Part shown: positions 49,609 through 61,959 of the stretch, piece by piece
Position numbering within the stretch: the stretch's first letter is position 1
Layout of the letters: every line of letters begins with the position of its first letter
Assembly (NCBI GenBank): GCA_951406725.2
Contig: OX597814.1
Location: 34,100,001 to 34,164,000 of the forward strand
Direction of reading: 5' to 3'
DNA from: Octopus vulgaris
Taxonomy: Eukaryota
Length of the DNA: 64,000 nucleotides
Translations under genes and position numbers: made by a program
Notes under the pieces: model-generated
What the model saw: the letters and a program-made list of their open reading frames with translations, nothing else
What the model was told of the DNA's origin: nothing
The model's database searches: none

Positions 49609-51079
49609 CTGCAAAATATAGAAGAAAAAAGCCAAATTGTTAGTAATTAACATCCTTTTCAATGTGTCCATGAATACTTACTCCAATACTATCTATCTCA
49701 TTTTAGCTAAATGTTCTTATTATTCATTCTTAATATATTTTGGCAGACTTAAACATGGATATCTGATTGCTGTTGATTTCCATCATCAGAGAACACCTCT
49801 CTTTAGACAATGTGTGTAAAATATGCAGTTCACCAGTGTATGGGGATTTTGAGACACCTTTGTGTTTCAATCTTGTTGAGTGTCTCTTCATTTAACGTTA
49901 TCCTATTCAGTAGAGTAGGTTATCATCATCTGTTCGGCAGTCATCAGTAAATAATTAGTTTGCTGATTCCTATAATAAAGAGCGCAAACTCTTGTGAGAT
50001 TCACCAGTCCTTGTTATATTAAGTCCATGGCCAACTTATGTCCTTTTATGTCCAGATGTACTTGAAACACACACACAAAGTTGGCTGAATAAACAACTAG
50101 AAAGTCAATTAACAAATTAATATTGAGCCACTCATATTCTCTAACTGTGTTTTGTTAGTATAGGTTGCAGGTATAAATGATTAATTCTTTGTTTTCCTTT
50201 AGCATAGTTAAATGAGATTTTGCCTATGTTTATAGTCATATTGAGTATGAAGATCTTCATGTAACTTTAAGTAGGTGAACATACAAATGACCTCACTGGA
50301 ATTGTGTCTGAAGTTAATGTTGTTTTAGAAATTTGGTAGATAGAACTGTGTCAAAGCTTGTCAGATAGACAATATTTGTTTTATAGAGTGGTACACTAAA
50401 TCTTTTACCAGTATAATACCACTGCTTGGCTCTTAAAAGCCTTTAGCAGAGTTTATTCTGTTGTAACCATTCTGACCCTCCCATCTGAGGGTTACTAAAA
50501 GACTTCTTACCTCTACTTAGTATATTAGATTAAGGAGTGACTATAGTGTTGAGATTGGTTAGCTCCAGCATCATTATTTAACGTTTGCTGTCCATGCTGG
50601 TATAGGTTAGATGGTTTGACTGGAACTGATGAGCTGGAGAGCTGCACCAGGTTCCAATCTGATTTGGCATGGTTCCTACAGCTGGATGCCCTTCCTAATG
50701 CCAACCACTCCAGGAATGGTGCTTTTATGTGCCACTGACATGGGTGTCATTTACATGACACTGACAACAACCATGATGATTTACAGGTGGTGCTTTTTAC
50801 ATGGCATCACCAACGACCACAACTAAGATGCATGGGTGTCAGTTACACAGCACTGGCAGTAACCACAACGATTCATGGGTACCATTTGCATGGCACTGGC
50901 AATGATCACGATTAGGTTAAAAAAGATATATTGGGTGGCAGTTAGTGAGAACGGGAGGTTTATGTAGTATGGTAATATTCATAAAGTAATGAGTGGAGTA
51001 GTGAATACAATAGAAAAGCTGAAGGAAAATAACCCAGGGAATCATGTTTTACATACTAAATACAATTGTATTAATGTTA

Positions 51080-51936
51080 CTGGGTGTTCAGGCTAATTTG
51101 ACAGGTTGCATAAAATGAAAAGAAAACGCAATATACCATACAAAAATAAATATATTTTAAATACTTTTAAAATATCAACTATATTATGTCTGGGGAATAA
51201 CAGTTCACTTAAATTAACTACCTTCAGCTTCCACCATGGCCTCAATATCGCTCTGTAACCTGGTACATGTGTTTCTCACTCAGCCCCTGGGAAGATCTTC
51301 GAACACCACCTTGACCTTGGGGTTGCAGGTAGAGTGATTGGTGCCTTTCTCAACAGCACCTCACACACAGTTAATCCATGGGATTACAATCGGGGGAATT
51401 AGGCAGCCAGAAACTGGAACTGGTAAAGTCATAGAAATTCTCCAACAACCACTTCTGACTCTGGTGGTATGGTAGGGAGCCAAATCCTGCTGCTACACAT
51501 CTCATCTTCCAGGAAAAACCCTCTCCAAACAGAGTTTGACCATAGTCTCCAACAGCTTCACATAACTGTCTAAAATGGGTCTAAGGCCCTATTCAAAGAT
51601 GTGGGGTGGCATAATGAGTCAGAAAACCTGCTGCATTCCTTCTTGCTGGCCATGGCTTCATAGACTTTGTTGCAGCTATCCATGTCACATATTACAGCCT
51701 TTACATTGTTCACAGAGCAGAAACCCTTATGTCAGCATTTTGATACCTGGCGTGAAATAATAATGATACAGGTAGCTCTTATCCAATGTTCAGATAGCTT
51801 CCAGTCAGCTAACTTTTTCTAAAACTCCAATTTTAATCTTTATACTCCCCAATGCCATTGATTGTTCACCAATACATAAAGCTGTTCCTGAAAAAGAAGA
51901 CATTAAAAAATCGTCAAATTTAGTCCAAACACCCTG
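51080..51936 (-). mobile_element. Tc1/maT-like transposon, internally deleted
   Basis: TIRs c(t/a)gggtgtt..ctaa(a)tttgac; decayed QQDLAPYH..FWLPNSPDCNPW..AMVEAEG. Confidence 0.75.
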
Positions 51937-53837
51937 TGTATAGCAAGTTGAAAAGCTTCGATCAATTGATTATCCATGCACGACGTGTTTAAAATCTAAA
52001 AACAGCAAGCAGGGGAGATAAATAATATGAAATATACTTAGCAAAACTCATAAGAGGAAACAAAAGATGATAAAGAACAATGTTTGGCAAAAATCTGCAT
52101 GATCTAACATGTGAGGGAGGGAGTTAGATCTGCAGTTAATTAAACCCCAGGAAAGTATTTAAATGCAGGAATATAACATAATATTTTTTTCTGTTACACC
52201 CGTTTCACGAGAAATGGTAACTAAGAATTTACCTAAATTATAGTTGTGTGTGTGTGTGTGTGTATAAAAGGCGCTATTTTCGCTCATGAATTCAAGCCAA
52301 TGAGAGAGCTCCTATGAAATTGTTCGAAATGCAAGAAATTTATCTCAGACACCTTACTGTGTCAATAAAGAAAATGCATAATGAATATGTTCTGCGATAT
52401 ATGTTTGAAAAAATATATATAATAATAATAAATAGAAGACAGGATAGTCATTGCTAAAATGATTTTGATCATAGTTTGTTCGATTTTGAGGCTAAACATG
52501 TTACTACTATAAAATGAATTTTTCTTCCCATTATATCTTATGAGTTTCATTCTGAATCAGCTATTTCTTTTAGTTATTATTTTGTTGTTGAAATGGCATT
52601 ACTTTAGGGATAACATATTTCGTTGTGTTAAAATCTTCAATCTCACCTTTCAAATTTTTGTTTACGGTCAGATTTTTATATTTGAAGCCCATTGTTATTA
52701 CTCCCAAATAAAATAACACATAACATGCTGGGTTTCAAGAAAGCTAACACTGAAGATTTTACGCCGCTAAAATATATTTTAGCAACTTTTTATTATTCAA
52801 AGTGTATGCGAAACAAAATATAATTTGTAGGACTCAAAATTATTGATTAAATATATTCTCATATAATTATTATTCGTTAGCCGGATCGATCCAGTTCTTT
52901 TATGTTCTGAGAAACCCGCCGGAGTCAGCTCTGTCTTACATCCTTTCGGGGGTCGATAAAATAAAGTACCAATCAAACACTAGGATCGAAGGTATCGATT
53001 AATCTCTTTCCTTTAAAGCTGCAGGCCTTATGCCAAAATTAGAAAACAATTTCATTCATATATAAGACGTATTTTAGGAATATTAAATCAACCGTCGTAC
53101 TTAACCGATAATTTATTTTATCAACTCCGGAAGGAGAGCAAAATTGACCTCAATGGGAATTTGAACTCAGAACGTTAACTGAAGACTACTGACACTTTGT
53201 CCAATGCCCTAAATTAAGGGCATATTTAAAACTAGGCATAATTAAATATTTATGAAACCATTAAATTGTACATAAAAACATAAATAAATTGTGGTTAAAT
53301 TCCGTTAAGTTTGGAGTTCTGACTTCAGTTATAAAATATTTGAATTCAGAACTCCAAGCTTAAAGAAGAAATGGCAGTGTTCATGATCTTTGCAGGCCAG
53401 AGAATATCAATACATTAATCGAAAACTGCAACGAAATCTGCAGGGGTGTTCGTAGGATTATTATTATTATTATTTATTTACTTTTGATAGATAGTGTAAT
53501 CTTCGTGGAAATTAGACAATAATCATGACTAGAAATTTGAGTGTGTTTTTGTCTCTAATTCTATCAAAGGCATCTTAAAGGATTATTTATTTAGTCTTTG
53601 TCCCTACTGTTCAAAATTAAAATACCTGGCAGTACTAACCTATATCGGATTCACTAGGATTTTCTGAAGGACGGCGCATTTTTTCCTTTCTTCGCGTTTT
53701 ATCGAGAAGTTTGAGTATTCAAATATTATCTGCTTTCCATTTTATTAACGTACGCTGCTTCTAAACCAAACCCCAATGAATAACGGTTTATCCGTTAGAT
53801 TTCATACTGTTGTTCTTTTCTATTGATTAGTAAAAAA

Positions 53838-54246
53838 AGAAAGACTTCTTTCCGCCCGCCTTCACTCTTTTCTCGCAAATTATTATTATTATTATTATTT
53901 TTGCAAAAAAAAAACCCGTTTTCGGATACGGAGATTCCGGAAAATTGCCTAAAATCGGCACTTTGAAATTTTTGTCCCCCTCACTTTCTTCATTTTTCAC
54001 TTTTTTCCCTAACCCTAAAACCCTAACTACAAAAATTTTTGGAATTTTTTTCAGAATCATGATCTCCGTATTTTTCCACATATTTTGAAAAAAAAATTTC
54101 TGAAAAAAGTTTTAAAATAAAGAAATTAGTCGGGTGGGCGGGGGGGGGGGTTTGCAGATTCGTATTCTCCGTACCCGAAAACGGGGGTTTGTGTAGAAAA
54201 TAAAAAACGGGGTATTTGGGGGTGGGGTACAGAAGGAAGTCTTGCC
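53838..54246. mobile_element. Merlin-like MITE with CCCTAA repeats (copy 1)
   Basis: aagacttc...gaagtcttgcc TIR; near-TSD gtaaaaaa/gaaaaaaa. Confidence 0.6.
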
Positions 54247-54307
54247 GAAAAAAATGGTTGTAATATATTCGAATTTTCTGATACATTAACAATTAATTTA
54301 AATTATC

Positions 54308-54880
54308 GGAAAGACTTCCGACCCGCCCATGCCCCCCACCATTTTCTACGAAATTTGTTTATTTTTGTAATTTTTTTTTTGCCAAAAATCCCCGTTTTCA
54401 GATACGGAGGTTCCGGAAAATTGCCAAAAATCGGTATTGTGAAAATCACCCCCACCAACTTCTTCAATTTTGACTTTTTTCCACAACACTAACCCTAAAA
54501 TCCTAACACCCTAACCCTAAAACTCTAACCGTAAGCACAGAAATGTTTTGAAATTTTTGTCCGAATCATGATGTCTGTATTTTCCCGCATATTTAGAGAA
54601 AAAAAAAAATTTTTTTAAATTTAACAAAGAGTTTCGGAAATTATTTTCAGAATCATAATGTCCGTATTTTTCCGCATATTTTGAACAAAAAAAAATGGTG
54701 AAAAAAGTTAAAAATGAAGGAAATGGGGGTGGGTGGTAATTTAGAAATGGCGATTTTTGCCAGTTTTTTTTTTTTTGCAGATTCGTATTCCCCGTAGCCG
54801 AAAAGAGGTGTTTATGTCGAAAGAAAAAAAAATTAAGGGTGTTTTTTTTTTTGTGGGGGAGGAAAGGCGGAAGTCTTGCC
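54308..54880. mobile_element. Merlin-like MITE with CCCTAA repeats (copy 2)
   Basis: AAATTATC|GGAAAGACTTCCG...CGGAAGTCTTGCC|AAATTATC (8-bp TSD, GG termini). Confidence 0.75.
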
Positions 54881-54899
54881 AAATTATCTTTATATAGCA

Positions 54900-55412
54900 C
54901 TAGCAGTATCGCCCGGCGTTGCTCGGTTTTGTAAGGGAAATAACTATATAAGCATTTTTAGAGAGTTACTTCCCTTATAGATGCCAATTCGGGCTTTCTT
55001 AGCCATTTCTGTTTTGGTGTCTTCAAGCCATGAAGTCGTTGTTCTAAAAGAACGCTGGTCTCCTTGACAACGCTTTACGACGTTGATTTCCTTACACTCC
55101 CTTCCCCACAGCTTTACGAGGGAGGGAAGAAGGGGGAGAAGCAAACAGGTGCAGGTGTGACCATGGACGCCAACTCCGCCGCCATCGACACACGAAAAAT
55201 TATGCATTAAAATGGAATAAAAAATGATGTTAAATTATTTTTTAAATCGTAGATTCATCGTACACGCGCGCTAATACTCAGACGGGCTCGATATGAATCA
55301 CGACTATAAGATACCCGAATTTGGTTAAACTGCACCGCAAAATGTGGGAGTAGTTAGGAATCTAAATCGAAGGGGACAGACACTCACACAACTACAGTTT
55401 TATATATATAGA
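54900..55412 (-). mobile_element. Non-autonomous Helitron
   Basis: Minus strand A|TCTATATATATAAAA...ccgagcaacgccgggcgatactgCTAG|T. Confidence 0.8.
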
Positions 55413-55501
55413 TTTTTACCAACGTGGTAACCGAATTGCGAAAAGTGGGTAATTCAGTTCAACGTTATGTAATATGACTAATACTTAATCACATTAAGAG
55501 A

Positions 55502-55877
55502 GCGGCGAGCTGGCATGCTTAGCGGTATTTCGTCTACTGTCACGTTCTGAGTTCAAATTCCGCCGAGGTCGACTTTGCCTTTCATCCTTTCGGGGTCGAT
55601 TAAATAAGTACCAGTTACGCACTGGGGTCGATATAATCGACTTAATCCGTTTGTCTGTTCTTGTTTGTCCTCTCTGTGTTTAGCCCCTTGTGGGTAGTAA
55701 AGAAATAGGTATTTCGTCTGCCGTTACGTTCTGAGTTCAAATTCCGCCGAGGTCGACTTTGCCTTTCATCCTTTCGGGATCGATTAAATAAATACCAGTT
55801 ACGCACTAGGGTCGATGTAATCGACTTAATCCCTTTGTCTGTCCTTGTTTAGCCTCCTGTGGGTAATAAAGAAATAA
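55502..55877 (+). mobile_element. Nin/Deu-domain tRNA SINE, tandem double unit, CpG-intact
   Basis: B-box-like gagttcaaattcc; gcctttcatcctttcggggtcgat..aagtacc repeated twice. Confidence 0.8.
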
Positions 55878-56346
55878 ATACTTAATCTCATAAAGTGCAG
55901 CAAATCGCAGAATCGGTAAAGCGCCGGACAAAATATCATTTGGTGTTTTGTTACCTTTATGCTTGATATTCAAACTTCACATTTTATCTTTCCGGGAATT
56001 ATAAAATAACTATAATAAACAGGTATCAATTGAATGAACCAGACACCTCCTTGATTATGTATATGTTAGTAGTCTTGTAAAAAAAAAAGAACAGATGTTA
56101 GATTCGTCTCTTCACATTCTGTGCTGACATTCTGCCGGAGTCAACTTTGCCTTTCATTCTCCTTGGATGTGCAATAGGCTCGATTCAGTTAACCTATATC
56201 CCTTCGCTACAAATGGGTTTTCGTATGCCAATGTTTCCCTCAAATGACACTCTCTCCTAAAAAATATAAGCAAAAGACAACGTAGTCTGATATTCAAAAA
56301 GATGGGCCGACCACGCTTGAAACTCTTCTGAGCTAGGTGTGCTCGA

Positions 56347-56542
56347 TAAATTCGTTCGCTTTTTACCTCACATTTATTCTAATACTTATTTTTCAACAGT
56401 TTCAACAAATCAGTCAGAATATTCTCCTTCATTGTTCGCTGACAAGAAATCGTGAACAATGAAGGAGAATATTTTTATCGACTGATTTGTTAAAACATTG
56501 ATGAAAAATAAGGACTTCATGGAATAAAACCGAACGAATTTA
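56347..56542. repeat. Fold-back MITE-like palindrome
   Basis: taaattcgttcg..aatattctccttcattgttc / gaacaatgaaggagaatatt..cgaacgaattta. Confidence 0.75.
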
Positions 56543-56881
56543 CCTGACAATCCAATATATACAAAGCATACTGTTGAACCTAACCAACGAGGGATCTTCT
56601 ACATAGCCACGTAATCTACTCGAAATGATGGCAAAATCTCCTTCAAGTCACACCTTATTGTCTAAAACAAGTGTGGAGTCTAGGGAGTGTAGTCCGAAAA
56701 ACACAATGTCTGACAAAGAAAAAAAAAAAAAAAAAGAACGGTAACGTCTGTAAAGCCTTTGATCAAAAGTCGTTTTCACGATCAGGACTGAGTGGAATTA
56801 AACATTTATTGTTGAGCACTATAGTGCACGAGATAACTTTGAGATGAGCTAATGAGTTTAAGTCACTTTTACTACATTCAT

Positions 56882-57222
56882 ACTCTTTTACTTGTTTCAG
56901 TCATTTGACTGCGGCCATGCTGGAGCACCGCCTTTAGTCGAGCAAATCGACCCCGGGACTTATTCTTTGTAAGCCCAGTACTTATTCTATCGGTCTCTTT
57001 TGCCGAACCGCTAAGTGACGGGGACGTAAACACACCAGCATACAAACATATACATACATACATATATATACATATATACGACAGGCTTCTTTCAGTTTCC
57101 GTCTACCAAATCCACTCACAAGGCATTGGTCGGCCCGAGGCTATAGCAGAAGACACTTGCCCAAGATGCCACGCAGTGGGACTGAACCAGAACCATGTAC
57201 TTACCACACAGCCACACAGCCA
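56882..57222 (-). mobile_element. CORE-type tRNA SINE
   Basis: Near-identical to 14580-14973 with deletions. Confidence 0.85.
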
Positions 57223-58571
57223 TTCATGTTGCCAATAATTTTCGAAGAGTACGAACGTTACAACTTGTAATTTAAGGAATATTATTATTATTCTTTATTC
57301 GGGCTTAAAAAATCCAAATCACAAAGAGAAAAACCAAATCCATTACACGATTTCACTTTTCCATTCTAAATTTGAAACCTTTTGTCAATATAGAAAATGA
57401 ATGTTAAGCATATCCCGGTTTACTGAAACTTTGGAGCATAGTTTTATTAGATAAATGAAATATATTTTAAAATCCAGTATTGTATGTACACATAGTATTG
57501 AACGTGTGAAGTAGAAAGAATGGTTGATTAACTGATTCGGAAAATACCTGAAGTGTAACACTAAAGCAACAAAGAGCATGCTGAAGGGACACATTTAGCA
57601 CAGGATCAAACAGGATTTGTCAAGTTATTGGTAAATTAAATCAACAATTTACTCTCGATTTCCAATTGAAACCGTTTCATTACAGCGAAGATAAATATTT
57701 TGATCCTAATACTGAATTAATACCCACCAAGGATTTAGTTAATGGGTAGGGGTGGGGAGATTATAACACATACAGACACACACACAAACTATTTTGAATA
57801 GAAAAAGTTACTGATCGCAGGTGTCCGTAAGCTAAATTGAGTACCTTGATATTGCTTTAATAGAATCTTGAAGAGTCATGCTTAATATTTCTTTCGGAAG
57901 ATTTAGTTTTTACGGTATTTTTACTTTAAGCGATCATATGCTTATTTTTGTTTGCGTTTTAAGCAAATATCTTAAATAACTTATTTCTTCTTTAAGTTTT
58001 ATAAACTCAAACATCAATACAAAGAAATGAAAAATTCACCAGAATAACTTTGTTTATTGGTGAACTTTATTAGCAAAATATTAAAGTAATATATTTGATT
58101 TTTAAAAAATAGAAAAGGCATGATATATTCACTATTTGACGTTGCCTAAACATACTGATAAACTCCTATTTTTCTGTTGTCATTTAACACTAGAAGAGTT
58201 TACAAATAAAATAATCAAAAAAATCTTTTTTGTTGGAGAAAATATTTTGGCCATCCACTTTTAGGCCTTACTGCAAAAGCACAATTAATCTTTTCAATGA
58301 AAATTGGAGTACAAAGTATGGTAATGCATCAGTTTACATCAGTTTCACTTTCTGATTTTGCTTGTTTTCCCCATCTATTTTATGAAACTCCGTTGTGAAG
58401 TAAAATAGCGGGTTAGTTTACTTTTTCGATTTAGAAAATTCTGCAATGAAAGACCTAACTTTAATTCTTCTACAACACGCATCATAATTCCAAGCAAGAC
58501 AAAACTTCCTATGATAAAAACGAAAGTATACATGCTGTTGGAGAAAAATGAAATCGGTGTGTGTGTGTGTG

Positions 58572-58812
58572 TGGAGGCACATGGCCTAGTGGTTAGAGCA
58601 GCGGACTCGCGGGTTCGAATTTCAGACCGGGCGATGTGTGTGTTTATGAGCGAAACACCTAAGCTCCACGCAGGTCCCACAGAAGGTAATGGCGAACTTC
58701 TGCTGACTCTTTCGCCACAACTTTCACTCTTGCAACTCACCTGCGTCGGACCGGCGTTCCATCCAGGTGCAGAAACCGGCCCTTATGAGCCAGGCGCGGC
58801 TCGAGAAGGAAC
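58572..58812 (+). mobile_element. tRNA-derived SINE of a different family
   Basis: A-box tggcctagtgg and B-box ggttcgaat followed by a non-tRNA body. Confidence 0.65.
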
Positions 58813-58819
58813 AAACACA

Positions 58820-58889
58820 CATATATATATATATATATAAATAGGTGGTGCTCCAGCATGACCACAGTCCAATGACAAACTAGTAAAAG

Positions 58890-58930
<41 letters not shown>

Positions 58931-58977
58931 GTGGTGCTCCAGCATGACCACAGTCCAATGACAAACTAGTAAAAGGG

Positions 58978-59015
<38 letters not shown>
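58820..59015. repeat. Duplicated ~55-bp SINE tail separated by (TA)n tracts
   Basis: aaataggtggtgctccagc..gtaaaaggg occurs twice, identically. Confidence 0.85.
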
Positions 59016-59017
<2 letters not shown>

Positions 59018-59756
59018 ATAATAATTACGGCTCTGATAGAGGTTTATTTGATTAAATTGTTTCACCACGAAAGAGAAACTAAAAAGTTTTAACTTTGAGG
59101 GCACACCACCATAATCAATAAATCGCGCTAAGTTTGCAATAAGACTTGTGTCGAAAGCCATAAGAATTATATCTAACGCTATAAAAATTATTTCAATACG
59201 TTTATTTTCATTGAGTTAATTGTTCTGAAAAATTAGTTTATTTTGCAAACGTATTCTCGATAACAGTAGAAAATAATCGATTATCCATTTGTAAACAAAC
59301 CTCTCAATTTGATCAGACTCGCGAATCAAAATTCCCTCCATATACAGCAATTAGATGAAAAAGGGAATGGGCAATAAAAGCATATTTATCCTATTTGCAT
59401 GACACTCTTACTGATTTACTTGTTAACAAGCGTTTGTTTTCATATCATCCAGCCCCGATATTAATAAAATTCATATCACTTCTTAATTTAAAACACCCAC
59501 ATCTCTAAGAAAGTGTATTTAATAATAGAATACATTTATCTGGTTGGATCCCAGCACGCCAATTAGGATCGAAAATTATTACTTAGGTTATCTTATTTGG
59601 TTAAAAAGTAAACGAAATTATTTTCAGAGAAATCTGCAACATGATTTTTTTTTTTTACAAAATATTATATCTGAGTTAGTAACATAGGCATAATCTATTG
59701 TTTGATAAAGAGAAAATCAATTACACGACATAACAAACAAATTAGAAAGTACTTAC

Positions 59757-59778
59757 CTCCGGGTGGAGCATCAGACAT
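59757..59778 (-). CDS. Probable first coding exon of the death-domain gene (MSDAPPG + G)
   Basis: ATG TCT GAT GCT CCA CCC GGA G|gtaagt; the phase-1 donor joins exon 49608 in frame (GAA), giving 133 aa. Confidence 0.62.
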
Positions 59779-59888
59779 AATGATAATTGAACCGGTTAAG
59801 CGAAATTAACTCTAGGGCTAAATAAACACTGATCGGCTATCTCATTCGTTTTCAGGTCTAACCTGTTGCTACTTGAAAACTGGCAGTC

Positions 59889-59901
59889 GTTCCTTAGCAA
59901 C
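59889..59901. promoter_or_regulatory. RFX X-box-like palindrome GTTCCTTAGCAAC
   Basis: 11/13 match to GTTGCCTAGCAAC, about 110 bp upstream of the minus-strand ATG. Confidence 0.35.
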
Positions 59902-60975
59902 ATATTTATATCTACTGCTATAAACATTTGTAATATTGATGATGAATAGTGGATATTCATTTTTTCTTAATACAGTGATGTGAATCGATTGCAGATTATG
60001 CTCGCCCAAGATCCATGCCTTTAATCTAAGGTACTTTGCTTCGCGCGAATACCACTGAAGGCTTCGGTGCTTAATACTCTAAAGTACAACTTCTCTCATA
60101 TAAGACATGTAAAGTACACTAGGAAGTATGGATTTAAAAATGGATATTTTAATAGCTTCGTCAGAAAAGAAAGAAAAGTGTCCTTTTTAAGGCTACAGTG
60201 ATCGGTGGAAGCAAAGGAGGTTGTTACTTTGAGACTAGTTAGCTAAAGCAGCGTACTTTACCAAGGACCAGGTGGTGGTATTAAACCGGGTGACAGATTA
60301 AGTCTACTACTTAAGAACAAGAACAGTCCTTCCTACAGACCTCCATGTAATTCTATCCCTCAAATTTCGTACCCAAGGATTTAATTGATTCAAGGTCATT
60401 GTAAAAGACATTTTCCGAAAGTGCCATTCTGTAGGATCAAACCTGAAACCACGTGGCTGTAAATTAATCTTCTTAACAGTCTAGGGCAGTGTTTTTCATA
60501 AAATTGAAAAGTGGGAGGGCAAATTGCCATTTTTAATAAAATTAGGCAAGCTTCCAATCAACTCTTTAAATAGTCCAATGGCATGGTGAAGAAAGAAGGC
60601 GAATTATATGGAAGCTATTTTGTCTTGAAGAAAAAAGTCTCATAGAATTTCTTTAATATTTTTTTGTGGAGTAGGAGTGGGCTGATATTTTTCAGTTTGA
60701 TAACTGCTGATGCAGGGTAAATAAAGATGGTTGTGCTTGCCCATATCTCTTTAAAGTGTAACCACAGAAAGGCTCAGACTCAGCACTACAGCTAATGTAA
60801 TAATTCTTAACGTTATGTGTTGACTATAAATAGCTGCATGTAGTATCTATTACAGTTAAGTGGACTGAGCAATTTTACAGTTTAGCTCCAAAGAACTACA
60901 GCTGACATGGTGCAAACTATCTGCTCAGCCATGTTCATTTATGTTATCTAGTGAACATAAGTAGTATGATAATGC

Positions 60976-61395
60976 GGATCTTTTCGGTTTGAACGGCAGT
61001 TTTTCTAGCGGTGTCATATGAAATTGTCACCCATAATTATGACCCTAGTATCGATCTATTGCATTTCAATCTGTTTTAGGATTAGGGTTAGGGATGGGGG
61101 GAAGGGTATCTTTTTTTCTTCACAAATGTAAATAAACCCAATCTGTTTCTTAAACGAGGGACATATTCATACGGCACAGAATGTTTTTTTTTACCTCAAT
61201 AGACGTCAATGATTGGTTGAAATTGGAGAAATTTAAGAAAAAAAACAACAAATATCTTATAAACTATAGAATTTTCTCAATAAAGCCAAGAGAAAAAGAT
61301 GTTTTATAAACACAATCTACCAGTATACGAAGTTTAAAAGTGTTTAGTTACGTGGAAATTATTTTTAAAAACTGCCGTTCAAACCGAAAAGATCC
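60976..61395 (+). mobile_element. Merlin-like MITE with TTAGGG repeats
   Basis: GATAATGC|GGATCTTTTCGGTTTGAACGGCAGTTTT...AAAACTGCCGTTCAAACCGAAAAGATCC|GATAATGC. Confidence 0.85.
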
Positions 61396-61590
61396 GATAA
61401 TGCTACTATTATTTATAGCAAAGATTTTGTACTCCTGTGCTTTTTATTCAATTTTTACTTAGATGTACATAGTAGGAGAGTAGAGGTCTAGCTGATACTT
61501 CAGGCTTCACTGAAGGCAACAACAACAATGTAATAGGTAGCTGTATGTAAGAAAGAAGAGCAGTTCTATATTTAAGAGATAGGAATTATG

Positions 61591-61959
61591 TACATTATTT
61601 ACATTAGACGGATATTTGCCCTCATCTTGTTTGTTGTTAACACAACGTTTCAGCTGATATATCCTCCAGCCTTCTTCAGGTGTCTTGTGGAAATTTCGAA
61701 CCTGGGTTCTCATTTCTAGGGTATTTTTCGATGTTATTATTATGGTTCAGAGTGCAGGCTACTAACCCCAAGATTCTGAGTTCGATTCCAAGCAGTAACC
61801 TGAACAATAATAATAACATAGAAAAATACCTTTGGAATGAGAACCCAGGTTTGAAATGTTCCCAAGACACCTGAAGAAGGCTGGAGGGTATATCAGCCGA
61901 AATGTTGTGTTAACAACAAACAAGATGAGGACAAATATCCGTCGAATGTAAATAATGTA
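61591..61959. mobile_element. Palindromic Penelope-pLTR-like element with a hammerhead motif in each arm and a tRNA-like centre
   Basis: 160-bp arms 61591-61750 / 61800-61959; CTGAAGA-stem II-GAAA motif in both. Confidence 0.75.
61866..61911 (+). ncRNA. Minimal type-I hammerhead ribozyme motif (mirror copy at 61639-61684 on the minus strand)
   Basis: GACAC-CTGAAGA-A-GGCTG(loop)CAGCC-GAAA-(C/T)GTT-GTGTT. Confidence 0.6.

Noticed and set aside
49682-49760. Minus-strand gtaagt donor 73 nt from the death-domain exon
   Set aside because: The required frame contains stop codons.
54480-54530. Telomere or chromosome-fusion site
   Set aside because: Only a few degenerate CCCTAA units, all inside TSD-bounded MITEs.
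58572-58630. tRNA gene
   Set aside because: A and B boxes are present but there is no complete cloverleaf; it is a SINE head, as are the similar heads near 27921, 38440 and 43065.
60025-60201. Basic, mitochondrial-presequence-like open frame on the + strand (KVLCFARIPLKASVLNTLKY...)
   Set aside because: An in-frame TAA at 60022 separates it from the ATG at 59998, and there is no convincing splice donor.
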